DNA of 64,000 nt from an uncultured Thermodesulfatator sp. (GCA_964410095.1 CAYPFL010000007.1:10952-74951), one strand, 5' to 3'. Positions 28,501 to 38,845 are shown, counted from the first letter of the stretch. Notes: a model not told the origin generated them from the sequence alone. Program-made: numbers and translations.

Positions 28501-29393
28501 ATAAAAATTTTAAACAAGCTTTTTAAATATTTTTGAAAATAAGAAAATAAAAAAATATTTTTGGGATAAATTTTAATAGCTTTATGGTAATATTGAATAG
28601 CTTGTTTATATTCCTTTATTAAATAAAGCGATCTAAAAATAGATAAATATTCTCTTGAAAGAGCAAAAGAATAATAAATATGAAATTCTTTAGGTAAACT
28701 TTTAAAAAGAAGTTCTACAGGCTTAATAGAACGTTTAAGAAGCAGTTTGTATTCTTTTCTAAGTCTTAAAGGATGATCTTTTACTATAATTACACAATCT
28801 TTTAAAGCATAACATTTGCACATACAAATTAAATATCCATAAACAAAAAAATCCTCTCTTAGTCTTGATTCTTCGGGAAACAAAATTTTTTCTATTATCC
28901 CTCTTTTAACCACAAATGCACCTGTACTAAATGGAATTTTTCTTTTTAAAAAATATAAAAAATCTTTCATTTTATCACCTGTTAAAACAGGCACAGGAGC
29001 TAATTTTCTTCTTCCTTTTGAATCTTCTCTTATTATCCTTCCAATAAATACCTCTCCTTCAGGAAATTTTTTGATAGCTTCGTCAAAAACTTTCAATGTA
29101 TTAGGTAAAAGTTCATCATCTGAATCAAGAAAAAGTAAATATTCTCCTTTAGAATTTTTAATACCTGTATTCCTTGCTGCAGCAGGTCCTTTATTTTTCT
29201 CATGAAAAATTATTTTTAATTTTAGTTCTTTTTTTTGCCAATTTTTAAGTATTTCTTGGGTATTATCTGTGGAACCATCATCTACTACTATTATTTCGTA
29301 TGAACCCTCGTAACTTTGATTTAATGCTGATTTTAAAGCAATTGATAAAAGATTAGCTCTATTGTAAGTAGGAATTATTATAGAAAATCTCAT
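28497..29393 (-). CDS. glycosyltransferase family 2
   Basis: IIPTYN, VDDGSTD, ARNTG, FLDSDD. Confidence 0.92.
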   Translation of the reverse strand: MRFSIIIPTYNRANLLSIALKSALNQSYEGSYEIIVVDDGSTDNTQEILKNWQKKELKLKIIFHEKNKGPAAARNTGIKNSKGEYLLFLDSDDELLPNTLKVFDEAIKKFPEGEVFIGRIIREDSKGRRKLAPVPVLTGDKMKDFLYFLKRKIPFSTGAFVVKRGIIEKILFPEESRLREDFFVYGYLICMCKCYALKDCVIIVKDHPLRLRKEYKLLLKRSIKPVELLFKSLPKEFHIYYSFALSREYLSIFRSLYLIKEYKQAIQYYHKAIKIYPKNIFLFSYFQKYLKSLFKIFI

Positions 29394-30892
29394 TTCTCAC
29401 ATTTAAAAATTTCCCATCCATCTACTTCTTTTATCTTTTTTATTTTAGAAGTTTCAAGCCATTTTTTATATTTATTTTTTTCTTTTTTTGAAAAAATTAA
29501 ATAATCTGCGTTACATTTTTTAAAAAATTGAACCGGATGTATAAGATTTAAAGCGCATATTGAAGGTTTTCTATTTAAGTTAATATAAAAATTTATTTTT
29601 TTATTACTCCCAGCTATTATAAGTGGATCTTTATGTTTTTCTTCTATTTTATTTATTTCAAAAGCAATTTTCTTATAAACAACTTCATCTTTTCGCCGAG
29701 GCGAAAAAATAGCATCCAATATAGAAACTATCAATATAAATATTGTTAAAAATAATATAATAAATTTTATTAAAGAATAATGAAATTTTTCTATAAAATT
29801 TTTAATTCCTATTCCAATTAAAGGAAGACTTATTAAGTATAAAGGAAAAAAATATCTTTTGGATAAATAAGTGTAAGAATAACACCAAAAAAGTAATAAT
29901 AAAAAATAACTAAAAAATAGAAAAAGAAAATATTTAACAAAAAATAAACGAAAATTATTTTTAAAAGAAACATATATTCCGTAAATTAAAAATGGAGAAA
30001 GTACATTAGAGGTTTTAATATAATATAATATAGCAATAAAAAATGGAATATAAGGAAGTAATAATTTTATATAATTCCAATAATCTCTATAAGTAGATAT
30101 GTAAAGCTTAGTAAGCATTTTTTCATAATATTTATAATTATTACCATAATTAATATGGAACTTAATTGATAAATATTCATAAATTGATGGGAAAAAAAGC
30201 CAGATTATAAAAATACTTAAAATAATAACAAATATGCTTATTAAAAAATAATATAAAGAAATTTTTTTATTTTTTTGATTAAGGATAAAAAAAATCAAAG
30301 ACATAAAGGCTACCCAAAAACCTTCTACACGATTTATCCCAGCTAATAAAAAACTTATCAATCCCGCAGGTAAAAAAAATTTATAAGTTTTATTAGAATT
30401 TTGGATAGTTTTCAAAAAAAAGAAAATACCAAATAATAAAAAAAACCAATATGCAGTATCTCTTATCACATCTACACTTTGTTTAATTACATAAGGCAGA
30501 TTTATTCCTATAAAGCAGAGAAAAAATGCATAAGTTTTTGAAAAAAACTGACGCAAAATTTTAAATAAAGGGATCGATGCAAAAGAAGAAAAAAATATAG
30601 AAGCAATATTTCCACTGAGCTCCCAATTTTTAATAAAAGTATTTAAAAAAGCAATAGTAAAAGAATATATCACCCCTAATTTATATCCACCACACGAAAA
30701 CATATTTTTAAAATCACCTTCCCATAATTTTTGAGCCATATAAATGTATCCGATTCCATCATTATTAATAGCGTAAGTATGTTCAAGCATAATAAATCTT
30801 AAAATCAAACATAAAAATATTAAAAAAATAATAAGGATTTTATCAGAAATTTTTTCAAGGATTGAAAAAGAAATAAAAAATCTTTTATCCAT
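29390..30892 (-). CDS. multi-TM GT-C (ArnT/PMT-like) glycosyltransferase
   Basis: NNDGIGY acidic motif after TM1, about 12 TM helices, soluble C-terminal tail; lies in the LPS cluster. Confidence 0.6.
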   Translation of the reverse strand: MDKRFFISFSILEKISDKILIIFLIFLCLILRFIMLEHTYAINNDGIGYIYMAQKLWEGDFKNMFSCGGYKLGVIYSFTIAFLNTFIKNWELSGNIASIFFSSFASIPLFKILRQFFSKTYAFFLCFIGINLPYVIKQSVDVIRDTAYWFFLLFGIFFFLKTIQNSNKTYKFFLPAGLISFLLAGINRVEGFWVAFMSLIFFILNQKNKKISLYYFLISIFVIILSIFIIWLFFPSIYEYLSIKFHINYGNNYKYYEKMLTKLYISTYRDYWNYIKLLLPYIPFFIAILYYIKTSNVLSPFLIYGIYVSFKNNFRLFFVKYFLFLFFSYFLLLLFWCYSYTYLSKRYFFPLYLISLPLIGIGIKNFIEKFHYSLIKFIILFLTIFILIVSILDAIFSPRRKDEVVYKKIAFEINKIEEKHKDPLIIAGSNKKINFYINLNRKPSICALNLIHPVQFFKKCNADYLIFSKKEKNKYKKWLETSKIKKIKEVDGWEIFKCEK

Positions 30893-31969
30893 TTATACTT
30901 CTACTGGTTCTCCACCAATTTCCTTGATAAGTTTTTGAATTTCTTCAGGAGGAAGTTTTATTATCGGCTCACCGCACATAGATTCACTTATTTTTTCTTC
31001 AATTACTGTTCCATGAAAATCATCTGCTCCCCATAATAAAGCTACTTGAGCAAGTTTTACACCAAGAAATACCCAGTAAGCTTTAATATGAAGAAAATTA
31101 TCAAGAATTATACGAGAAATAGCAATTGTTTTTAATATTTTATGCGCAGAAACCGGTGGAAGATAAGACAATGCATTATTCTTAGGAATAAAAGCTAAAG
31201 GAATAAAGCAATAAAAACCTTTGGTTTTATCCTGTATTTCTCTTAAAATAAAAAGATGTCTTATTATCTCTTCTTCTGTTTCAATATGTCCAAATAAAAG
31301 CGTAGCATTTGTTGGTATCCCTAATTCATGTGCAGTAGTAGCTATTTCTATCCATCTTTCATAAGGTATTTTTCTTGGATATAATTCCTTTCGAATTCTT
31401 TCAGAAAAAACTTCAGCTCCTCCACCAGGAATAGAATCAAGTCCAACATTTTTTAAATCTTTCAATACATCTTTTATACTTTTTTTAGAGATTCTGCTCA
31501 GCCAGTCAATTTCTACACATGTATAAGCTCTTACATGAATTTTAGGAAATTTTTCTTTTATTCTATGAATCAATTCTAAATAATAGTCATACGGAAGCTC
31601 AGGATTTAAACCACCGACTATATGTACAAGCTTTAAACCCGGTGTAGATTCTAATTTGGAAATTACTTCTTCTATACTTAAAGTATATCCACCTTCTTCA
31701 CCAGGTTTTTTGTGATAACCACAAAATTTACAGTTTATAACACATATATTTGTATAATTAATATGTCGATTTAATGTATAATAATAATTTTTCTTATGAA
31801 TTTTTTCTTTAACTGTATTAGCAAGAGCTCCTAAAAAAAATAGATCCCCTTCTCTATAAAGTCTTAAAACTGTATCAAAATCCAGTCTTTCGAAATTTAA
31901 AACTTTATTTTTAATTTTTTCATAAAATGAATTTTTTTTAGAATAACATTTTAAAATTTCATTAGTCAT
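30893..31969 (-). CDS. mqnE: aminofutalosine synthase (radical SAM)
   Basis: NRHINYTNICVINCKFC, PGGGAE, KAYWV, GADDFHGTVIEEKI. Confidence 0.8.
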   Translation of the reverse strand: MTNEILKCYSKKNSFYEKIKNKVLNFERLDFDTVLRLYREGDLFFLGALANTVKEKIHKKNYYYTLNRHINYTNICVINCKFCGYHKKPGEEGGYTLSIEEVISKLESTPGLKLVHIVGGLNPELPYDYYLELIHRIKEKFPKIHVRAYTCVEIDWLSRISKKSIKDVLKDLKNVGLDSIPGGGAEVFSERIRKELYPRKIPYERWIEIATTAHELGIPTNATLLFGHIETEEEIIRHLFILREIQDKTKGFYCFIPLAFIPKNNALSYLPPVSAHKILKTIAISRIILDNFLHIKAYWVFLGVKLAQVALLWGADDFHGTVIEEKISESMCGEPIIKLPPEEIQKLIKEIGGEPVEV

Positions 31970-31990
31970 AAAAATCTCCTATGTTTTGTA

Positions 31991-34900
31991 TCATTTTAAG
32001 AAATACTTATAATTTTTACAAGGTTCTTTATATTCGCAATATTTACAAAAATTTTCATTATAAGTAAAATAAAATTTGTCACTTTCTAAAATATGATAAA
32101 GAATCCATTTAATTAATTCAGGAAATTTATTTTCAAAATAATTATAAATTTTAGGAAAATCTTTTAATTTTACATTAAATAAAAATTTCTCAGGTTTTTC
32201 AAAATAAGATGGAGTAATAAAGCCTGCATTAATTGAATAAGTTTCAGATTTTTCAATGCAAGACCTTTTTAAAGCATTAAACAAATCTGATTTATAAAAA
32301 AGATAAAAATAAAACATCAATTGAAAATTACTAAGTTTATCTCCAAAAGCTAAAGCTACTTCATAAATACTGTATTGATCAAACCTTTCTGGTAATTTAA
32401 AATTCAATATTTCTTGAGCTAATTTAGGATAAGTATTTGTATATGGATTACTTTTATAATCCAAAATCAAAAATTTTGTAATTCCTTCTTTTCTTTTTAT
32501 TAAATAATCAATCTTCCCCATAAGATTTAAAATTATTTTTTCTTTTTCATTTATTTCGAAATTTAAAAAAGTTTTTAATACTTTTTCAATTCCTAAAACT
32601 TGAGTTTCTTTTAATTTATTAGCATTTTCCATTTCTATAAGGTATTTAAAATACCTATTGATACTCTCCAAAGCAATTTTTTTTGAAAAAAAGTGAGACA
32701 ATGCATCCATCTTACGATAAAATTCATATTCATTCCAGAGACTTTCGAATTCATTTTTAATTTTTTCTTCATCATAAATAGATTTAAATTTAAAAGATTT
32801 ACCTAAATAAGGTTTAAAATAATTTTCAAAAAAATTATGAACAAAATTTCCAATATCTGTACTTTCAAGACCTATTTTTTCTGATTCTTTTAATTTGAGA
32901 ATATATTTAAAATAAAACTTTGCTCCACAACTAAGGTATGTTTCAAAAAAATATCTACTAATATATTCCTTTTCATTTCGAATTATATTTTTTTGTCCAA
33001 GAAAATTTATAAGCGCCTCTTTTATTTCTTTATTTTTTGGGATCCCATCTATTTTTTGAAGAATTATAAGATCTGGAGATTCGGATTTTTCTTCAATTTT
33101 TTGTTGTCTTTTTTCGAGCTCCCATTTAAGTTTATGAATAAACCTCGATGGTTCTTTAAATTCTTGTGTTTTTCCTTTTTCTACAAGAAGATAAAAAAGA
33201 TGATTTTCTTCTGCACTGTGTATAAGTGTATCAAAATAATAATCTGAAAGCTCATTTTTATAAGTAGGGATTCCGAAAATTGTCTTTATTTCATCAGTTA
33301 AAAGCGGATTAAATTCTGATGCAGGTGGTAGTATCCCTTCATTAACATCTAAAATAATTACTTTTTCAAAAGATAATAATCTTGTTTCAAGAAACCCCAT
33401 AATTTGTAAACCCTTTAAGGGATCCCCCTCGAAAGATACTTTTTCTTGCCTTAAGAGATATTCTAAAATATCCAGCAATAATTCCTTGGGAAATTTTTCA
33501 AGATTAAGATAATTTTCATCTTCAAAAATAGGATAAATTTTATTTTCAAGTATGTACAAATAATTTCTTAAAAGAATACTTTGCCAATCTGGATCTTCCT
33601 TTTTTTCAATTTCTTCTAAAACCGGCTTTAAAAATAAAAGAACTTCTTTAATATTTTGACTTACTTGAAAAGGTTTTTTGATATCTTCCCAGTTTTTAAA
33701 AAATAATTGATGAATCTTCTTTAAAAAATTTTTACATATTTCTGTAAATTCCTGAACTCTGTTTTGTTCACTAAGTTTTTCTGCAAGAATTTCTTCTATT
33801 TGAGTTTCGATTTCTTTTGGAGTAATTCTCAAATATCCTTTTTTTCTTAAAAAATTTTCTATATTTTGAACAATTTTTTCAAAAGATATACCTATTTCAA
33901 GTTTAGTTATTCGTAAATAAGGATGTTTTAATATTCTTAAATAATCATATGAAGAATATCCTTGATAATTTTTTTCTTTTTGAGCTTTTATAACAAGTGT
34001 TAAAAGAGTATTTAAAGGAAATTTTGTTAAAGGATACTGTAAAGTAATATTAATTTCATGAAAGATATTTTTCAAATCATCAAGAGCATATAAAAGTGGA
34101 AATAAATTAATAGAGTCAGGAAGAATAATAACAATTTTATCAGGGCTTTCGATTTTTTCTTCTGAAATTAATTTTATAGCCTGCTTTATTTGAGTATGGG
34201 GTTCCGAAATCCTGTAAAAATAAATTTTAGGTTCTTTTATTTTCTTTTCATAAAAACTGGCGTCTAAAAATTCTGGCTCTAATCCAAGTTGAGAAAGTGT
34301 ATTTTTAAGAATTAATGGAATTTCAAAATTTGAAGAAAATATAAAAAAACTTTTTATAATTCCTTCCTGTGAAAGTATTTTAAAAAATTTTAAAATTTCA
34401 GCCTCTGTGCCCCTTAATCCTGCAAAACCTATAAACCAAATTTCTTTAATTTTCTCTAATATTGTTTTATAATTTGAATTTTCTATAGAAAGCAAAGATG
34501 CAACATTTTTTAGTCTATAAGAATGATAAGAAACTTTCTTTTTTTCTAATAAAGAATGATAAATAGAATAAATTTCTTTTATTTCTTCAAAAAGTTCTTT
34601 AGCTTGTAAAGGAAGTTCTTCTGGAGGATAAATTAAATTTTCAGGTATTTTTCCTTCTTTTTCAAATTCTTCGAATACTTCAAGAAATTTTAAACCCCAA
34701 AAAAAATTTTTTTCACAATTAGAAAAAATAAAATCCTTACCTTTTTTTATTTCTAAAGCTTCAAGAAATATGAAAATTCTTAAAATATCGGGAATTTGAG
34801 GATATGGTTCAGGAGAAAGAAGGACATAAAGATTAGTAATAAATTCTTCAAAAGAAAAAATTCTTGGAAATATTCCTGTTTCAATACCTTTATTAATGGC

Positions 34901-35074
34901 TTTTTCTTTTAAATAATGCTGAAAAAATAAAGATGAGCGTTTAGTAGGAAATACACACCAAACTTTTAAAATATATGGATCTGTAAGAGAATGCTTTGAA
35001 AGAAAATAATTAGCTAAAGTCTTCAAAAAGTGAGAGCTGGGAGGGATAAGAATAGCTTTTTGAAGAGAATTCAT
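31991..35074 (-). CDS. AddB-like protein (inactive helicase fold plus PD-(D/E)XK nuclease with Fe-S staple)
   Basis: FPTKRS, GFLETR, EPSRF, SC..KFY, GKIDY, LDYKS, terminal CKYCEYKEPC. Confidence 0.85.
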   Translation of the reverse strand: MNSLQKAILIPPSSHFLKTLANYFLSKHSLTDPYILKVWCVFPTKRSSLFFQHYLKEKAINKGIETGIFPRIFSFEEFITNLYVLLSPEPYPQIPDILRIFIFLEALEIKKGKDFIFSNCEKNFFWGLKFLEVFEEFEKEGKIPENLIYPPEELPLQAKELFEEIKEIYSIYHSLLEKKKVSYHSYRLKNVASLLSIENSNYKTILEKIKEIWFIGFAGLRGTEAEILKFFKILSQEGIIKSFFIFSSNFEIPLILKNTLSQLGLEPEFLDASFYEKKIKEPKIYFYRISEPHTQIKQAIKLISEEKIESPDKIVIILPDSINLFPLLYALDDLKNIFHEINITLQYPLTKFPLNTLLTLVIKAQKEKNYQGYSSYDYLRILKHPYLRITKLEIGISFEKIVQNIENFLRKKGYLRITPKEIETQIEEILAEKLSEQNRVQEFTEICKNFLKKIHQLFFKNWEDIKKPFQVSQNIKEVLLFLKPVLEEIEKKEDPDWQSILLRNYLYILENKIYPIFEDENYLNLEKFPKELLLDILEYLLRQEKVSFEGDPLKGLQIMGFLETRLLSFEKVIILDVNEGILPPASEFNPLLTDEIKTIFGIPTYKNELSDYYFDTLIHSAEENHLFYLLVEKGKTQEFKEPSRFIHKLKWELEKRQQKIEEKSESPDLIILQKIDGIPKNKEIKEALINFLGQKNIIRNEKEYISRYFFETYLSCGAKFYFKYILKLKESEKIGLESTDIGNFVHNFFENYFKPYLGKSFKFKSIYDEEKIKNEFESLWNEYEFYRKMDALSHFFSKKIALESINRYFKYLIEMENANKLKETQVLGIEKVLKTFLNFEINEKEKIILNLMGKIDYLIKRKEGITKFLILDYKSNPYTNTYPKLAQEILNFKLPERFDQYSIYEVALAFGDKLSNFQLMFYFYLFYKSDLFNALKRSCIEKSETYSINAGFITPSYFEKPEKFLFNVKLKDFPKIYNYFENKFPELIKWILYHILESDKFYFTYNENFCKYCEYKEPCKNYKYFLK

Positions 35075-35633
35075 ATTTTTCTATTTTAAAAGGTTCAAAT
35101 ATAACTAAGTAAATTTTAATGTTATCATTTTGCCCAAATTTTTGCAAGAAATCTTTATATTCTTCTAATTGTTCTTCAGAACTGGGTTTGTGTAACTTAA
35201 ATTCTAAAATAATCCAGTTATTTTCTTTCTTTAACAATAAATCTGGTTTAACATAACAAATTCCCTCAGAAGTACCAGCTTTAATATTTTTAAAAAAACC
35301 TAAAACTTCTTCAAAAATCTCAGCATCACTAATTAAACTTTTCAATTTTTTTATTTCTTTATTTTTAAAGACATTTTTTAATATCTCCAATCCTTTTTCT
35401 AAAAATAACTTTCTTTTAGGTAAAGGTTCCGGATAAAAAGCTAAAGCTTTATTAAGATATTTAGTGAATACTTTAACAAGTTCTTCTTCAGGTAAAAAAT
35501 TAAAAAATAGATCTTTTTCATAAATAATCAAAGATTCAAATACATTATGAAGTATCTCTCCAAGTATTTCTAAATCAGTTTTTTCATTAAAAATTCTTAA
35601 TTTAAAACGAACCTGATTTAATTTAACACTCAT
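35010..35633 (-). CDS. stand-alone PD-(D/E)XK nuclease resembling the AddA C-terminal domain
   Basis: GEILH, KPDLL, ILEFK, QLEEY; only 207 aa, no helicase motifs. Confidence 0.7.
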   Translation of the reverse strand: MSVKLNQVRFKLRIFNEKTDLEILGEILHNVFESLIIYEKDLFFNFLPEEELVKVFTKYLNKALAFYPEPLPKRKLFLEKGLEILKNVFKNKEIKKLKSLISDAEIFEEVLGFFKNIKAGTSEGICYVKPDLLLKKENNWIILEFKLHKPSSEEQLEEYKDFLQKFGQNDNIKIYLVIFEPFKIEKYEFSSKSYSYPSQLSLFEDFS

Positions 35634-35641
35634 TTAATCAA

Positions 35642-35692
35642 ATGTTATCATAATTCAAAACCCTTGTCAAAAATTTAAAAAAGGTATATGTT
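35642..35692. promoter_or_regulatory. overlapping divergent sigma70 promoters
   Basis: Minus: TTGACA(35670-65)-17-TAACAT with extended TG, ATG 8 nt later. Plus: TTGTCA(35664-69)-17-TATGTT upstream of ilvE. Confidence 0.65.
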
Positions 35693-35749
35693 TTAAACTC
35701 ATAATTGTTAAAATTCTGGATCAATAAGATCTTTAAAGGGGAGAAAAAA

Positions 35750-36817
35750 ATGGAGATCGAAGTTAACTTAGTTCCTCCTGAAAAGAGACAAATTCCTGAT
35801 TTAGATAATTTAGTATTTGGAAGAATATTTACTACACATATGTTTGTAATGAAATACGAATGTGGAAAAGGTTGGCATTCTCCTAAAATTGTTCCTTTTT
35901 CAAATATAGAACTTAGTCCAGCTGCGCTTGTATTACATTATGCTCAAACTATTTTTGAAGGGATGAAAGCTTATTATGGAGTTGATGGAAAAATTCGTAT
36001 TTTTAGACCCTGGGATCACATAGAAAGACTTAATCGTTCTGCTGATAGAATGTGTATCCCAAAAGTAGATCCTGAATTAGTTTTTACTGCTATTAAAAAA
36101 TTAGTTTTGATTGATAAAGAGTGGATCCCTAAAAAGAAAGGGGCTGCTTTATATATTAGACCCTTTATTTTCGGTACAGAACCGAGTTTAGGAGTAAAGC
36201 CAAGCCATGAGTATTTATTTTTGATTATTCTTTCTCCTGTAGGAGCATATTATAAAGAAGGTTTTAATCCTATTAAGATTTATGTCACACACGAATTTGT
36301 AAGAGCCTTCCCAGGAGGTACAGGAGATATAAAAGCAGGAGGAAATTACGCTGCAAGTCTTAAAGCTCAAGAAATAGCTAAAAAAAAGGGATATACTCAA
36401 ATTTTATGGCTTGATGGAAAAGAGAGAAAATATGTAGAAGAAGTAGGCACAATGAATATATTTTTTTATTTTGAAAATGAACTCGCTACCCCTGCACTCA
36501 CTGGTTCTATATTACCTGGAATAACTCGTGATTCGATTTTAAAAATAGCTCCAACTCTTGGTATACCTGTAAAAGAAAGAAGAATATCTATAGACGAAGT
36601 TATTTCAGCTATAGAAAATGGAACACTTAAGGAATGTTTCGGATCTGGTACAGCAGCTGTAATTTCTCCTGTTGGCGAAATTTGTTATAAAGATAAAAAA
36701 TATTTAATAAATAATGGAAATACAGGGCCACTTGCCAAAAAACTTTTTGACTTTATTACAGGTATACAATATGGAGAAAGGGAAGATCCCTACAATTGGA
36801 CAGTGATAATAGAATAG
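35750..36817 (+). CDS. ilvE: branched-chain amino acid aminotransferase
   Basis: LHYAQTIFEGMKAY, YIRP, KAGGNYA, EEVGTMN, ILPGITR. ATG at 35750 follows GGGGAG. Confidence 0.95.
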   Translation: MEIEVNLVPPEKRQIPDLDNLVFGRIFTTHMFVMKYECGKGWHSPKIVPFSNIELSPAALVLHYAQTIFEGMKAYYGVDGKIRIFRPWDHIERLNRSADRMCIPKVDPELVFTAIKKLVLIDKEWIPKKKGAALYIRPFIFGTEPSLGVKPSHEYLFLIILSPVGAYYKEGFNPIKIYVTHEFVRAFPGGTGDIKAGGNYAASLKAQEIAKKKGYTQILWLDGKERKYVEEVGTMNIFFYFENELATPALTGSILPGITRDSILKIAPTLGIPVKERRISIDEVISAIENGTLKECFGSGTAAVISPVGEICYKDKKYLINNGNTGPLAKKLFDFITGIQYGEREDPYNWTVIIE

Positions 36818-36819
36818 AT

Positions 36820-37278
36820 TTAAAAATCCACTACCTTACGGCTTTTAGCAAGCTCTCTCTGAACAGCTACAGCTTTATCCAATTCTAAATCCGCAGCTTC
36901 TTCCATTCCCTTTTCTCTTAAAATTTGACTTCTTGCCATATAAGCAGCAGGATACATAGGTTCAAGATCGATCGCTTTAGTAAATAATTCTAATGCCTTA
37001 TCTAAATCTTTTTTCTTATAATAAATCTGCCCCAAACGATAATAAAGTCTTGCATTTTGAGGCTCTATTTCAATTGCTATTTTAATATCTTTTTCAGCAA
37101 GATCCATTTCATCTTTCTGAATATAAATTACTGCTCGAGCTTCTAAAGCTTTTACATGTTGTGGATTTAATGATAAAACTTTATTAAATATATCTAAAGC
37201 CACATCAAATTGCCTTAAAGTTAATATTCTAACTCCTTCTAAAAATAATTCTTCTATATCCTGAGTACTCTGACTCAT
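36820..37278 (-). CDS. tetratricopeptide-repeat protein
   Basis: About 3-4 TPR motifs (A..LNP, A..IEP, A..LEP); AGGAGG SD. Confidence 0.88.
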   Translation of the reverse strand: MSQSTQDIEELFLEGVRILTLRQFDVALDIFNKVLSLNPQHVKALEARAVIYIQKDEMDLAEKDIKIAIEIEPQNARLYYRLGQIYYKKKDLDKALELFTKAIDLEPMYPAAYMARSQILREKGMEEAADLELDKAVAVQRELAKSRKVVDF

Positions 37279-37324
37279 ATTTATCCTCCTTTAAATTAAT
37301 TTTTAAAAGATTAAAACCCAATTT

Positions 37325-38404
37325 TTAATTATTGCAAGCGTCTGATAAGTCCGGAAATAACTTCTTAATTTCTTTAAAAGCTTTAGATTTACAATTAGTT
37401 CTTAAAAGAATACCAGATTTTAAAATCTTTTGTAAGTAAAGTGTCAAAAACGCTAAAGCCTTATGTACACCGTCTGTGGCATCAGGATTATCTGAATCAT
37501 GAATTTTAATAATTAATCCATCAGAATGAGGATGAATAGAAACAAAAAATCTTTGTTTCAAAAATCCTTCAATTACTATTAAATCTAAAATTATATTGTT
37601 TTCATTAAAATATATTTCCACAATTTTACAGATTTCATTATTACTTTTCCATATTACACCTGTAGGAAATTTTTTTGCAATTTCAAAAAAGTTAAGTTTG
37701 TTATTAATTTTTATAACACTTTCAGGCAAGGTTTCTCCTCCTTTAAGTTTTGCTAAAGGATATAAAGTATAAACCCATTCTGGAATAGAGATATGTTTAA
37801 TTTTTTTAAATCCTATATAAAATAATGGTAAACCTGCGGATAGCCATTTTCTTGCATATTTGGTATGATAATAATGAGGTAATGAATTTTTAATAACACT
37901 ATCCCATAAAGGACAAAAACTCGGGCAATTTAAAAAAAAATTTACAACTTCTTCTGCATATTCTTTATAATCAGTTACCATGATAAAAAAGCCATTGAGA
38001 ATCAATCTATCTGCAAGCAACCATACAAATGCCTGGTTAATAAGACGTCTCTTTTTTTGCTTTTTTTTAGCCCATGGGTCAGGAAAGTTAAGATATAATC
38101 CGGATAGAGATTGAGAAAAAAATAATTTACAGAGAGCTTTTGATCCTTCCATACAAATTAAACGTACATTAGATAAATTTGCTGAAACAACTCTATTTAA
38201 AGCCTTCCTGAAAAACTCTTTTGCTACTTCAACTCCTATAAAATTAGCTTCTGGATGATTTTTAGCAAGCCAGACTATAAATTCTCCGTTTCCGATACCT
38301 ATTTCTAAATAAAGTGGAGCTTCTCTTCCAAATATTTTCTTCCAAGACGGATATACTTGAAGATTCGATTCTTTAAGCTCTATAATATGTCTATTAGGAT
38401 TCAT
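37325..38404 (-). CDS. trmB: tRNA (guanine-N7)-methyltransferase with a long C-terminal extension
   Basis: LEIGIGNG, FIGVE, NFPDPW.KK, TD, TKY. Confidence 0.9.
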   Translation of the reverse strand: MNPNRHIIELKESNLQVYPSWKKIFGREAPLYLEIGIGNGEFIVWLAKNHPEANFIGVEVAKEFFRKALNRVVSANLSNVRLICMEGSKALCKLFFSQSLSGLYLNFPDPWAKKKQKKRRLINQAFVWLLADRLILNGFFIMVTDYKEYAEEVVNFFLNCPSFCPLWDSVIKNSLPHYYHTKYARKWLSAGLPLFYIGFKKIKHISIPEWVYTLYPLAKLKGGETLPESVIKINNKLNFFEIAKKFPTGVIWKSNNEICKIVEIYFNENNIILDLIVIEGFLKQRFFVSIHPHSDGLIIKIHDSDNPDATDGVHKALAFLTLYLQKILKSGILLRTNCKSKAFKEIKKLFPDLSDACNN

Positions 38405-38483
38405 ACTTTAATTTTAATTTAAATATAATTGAGAGTTGAAAAAATTCTAAAAAGTTTTAATTTAAAAATTAAATAAAAATTTT

Positions 38484-38510
38484 TTAAGTTCGGAGGTAAT
38501 ATGCCGATAA
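38484..38510 (+). promoter_or_regulatory. sigma28 (FliA) promoter of flgM
   Basis: TTAAGTTC-N11-GCCGATAA, close to the consensus TAAAGTTT-N11-GCCGATAA. Confidence 0.8.
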
Positions 38511-38542
38511 ATAATATAAAAAATTTTTCTGGGGTGACTTAT

Positions 38543-38845
38543 ATGAAAATTAATGAATTGACAGGAAAAAATATTCAAGATCTAAGAGATGTGAGAAAAA
38601 AAGAAAATATTAATATAAAAGTAACTCTTCCAGCAGGTGAAGAAAAACAAAATGAAATTGATACAGTAAAAATAACTTCTCAAAGATTGATAAATAATGC
38701 TATTCAAAAAGCTTCTAATTTACCTGAAGTGAGAGAAGAAAAAATAGCAGAATTGAAAAATAAAATTAGTCAAGGAAATTATCAAGTATCTAATCAACAA
38801 ATAGCTCAAGCAATGATTAGAAATTTACTTAATGAAATCGGTTAA
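38543..38845 (+). CDS. flgM: anti-sigma28 factor FlgM
   Basis: DTVKIT...VREEKIAELKNKISQGNYQVSNQQIA; ATG at 38543 lies downstream of the sigma28 promoter. Confidence 0.88.
   Translation: MKINELTGKNIQDLRDVRKKENINIKVTLPAGEEKQNEIDTVKITSQRLINNAIQKASNLPEVREEKIAELKNKISQGNYQVSNQQIAQAMIRNLLNEIG

Noticed and set aside
24527-30892. Homopolymer A/T runs in LPS genes as phase-variation tracts
   Set aside because: Runs of 7-9 A/T are ubiquitous here and all frames are intact.
38501-38542. Longer flgM start at 38501 with a GGAGG upstream
   Set aside because: This ATG and SD lie inside the sigma28 promoter, so a sigma28 transcript could not contain them; 38543 has its own SD-like GGGGTG.
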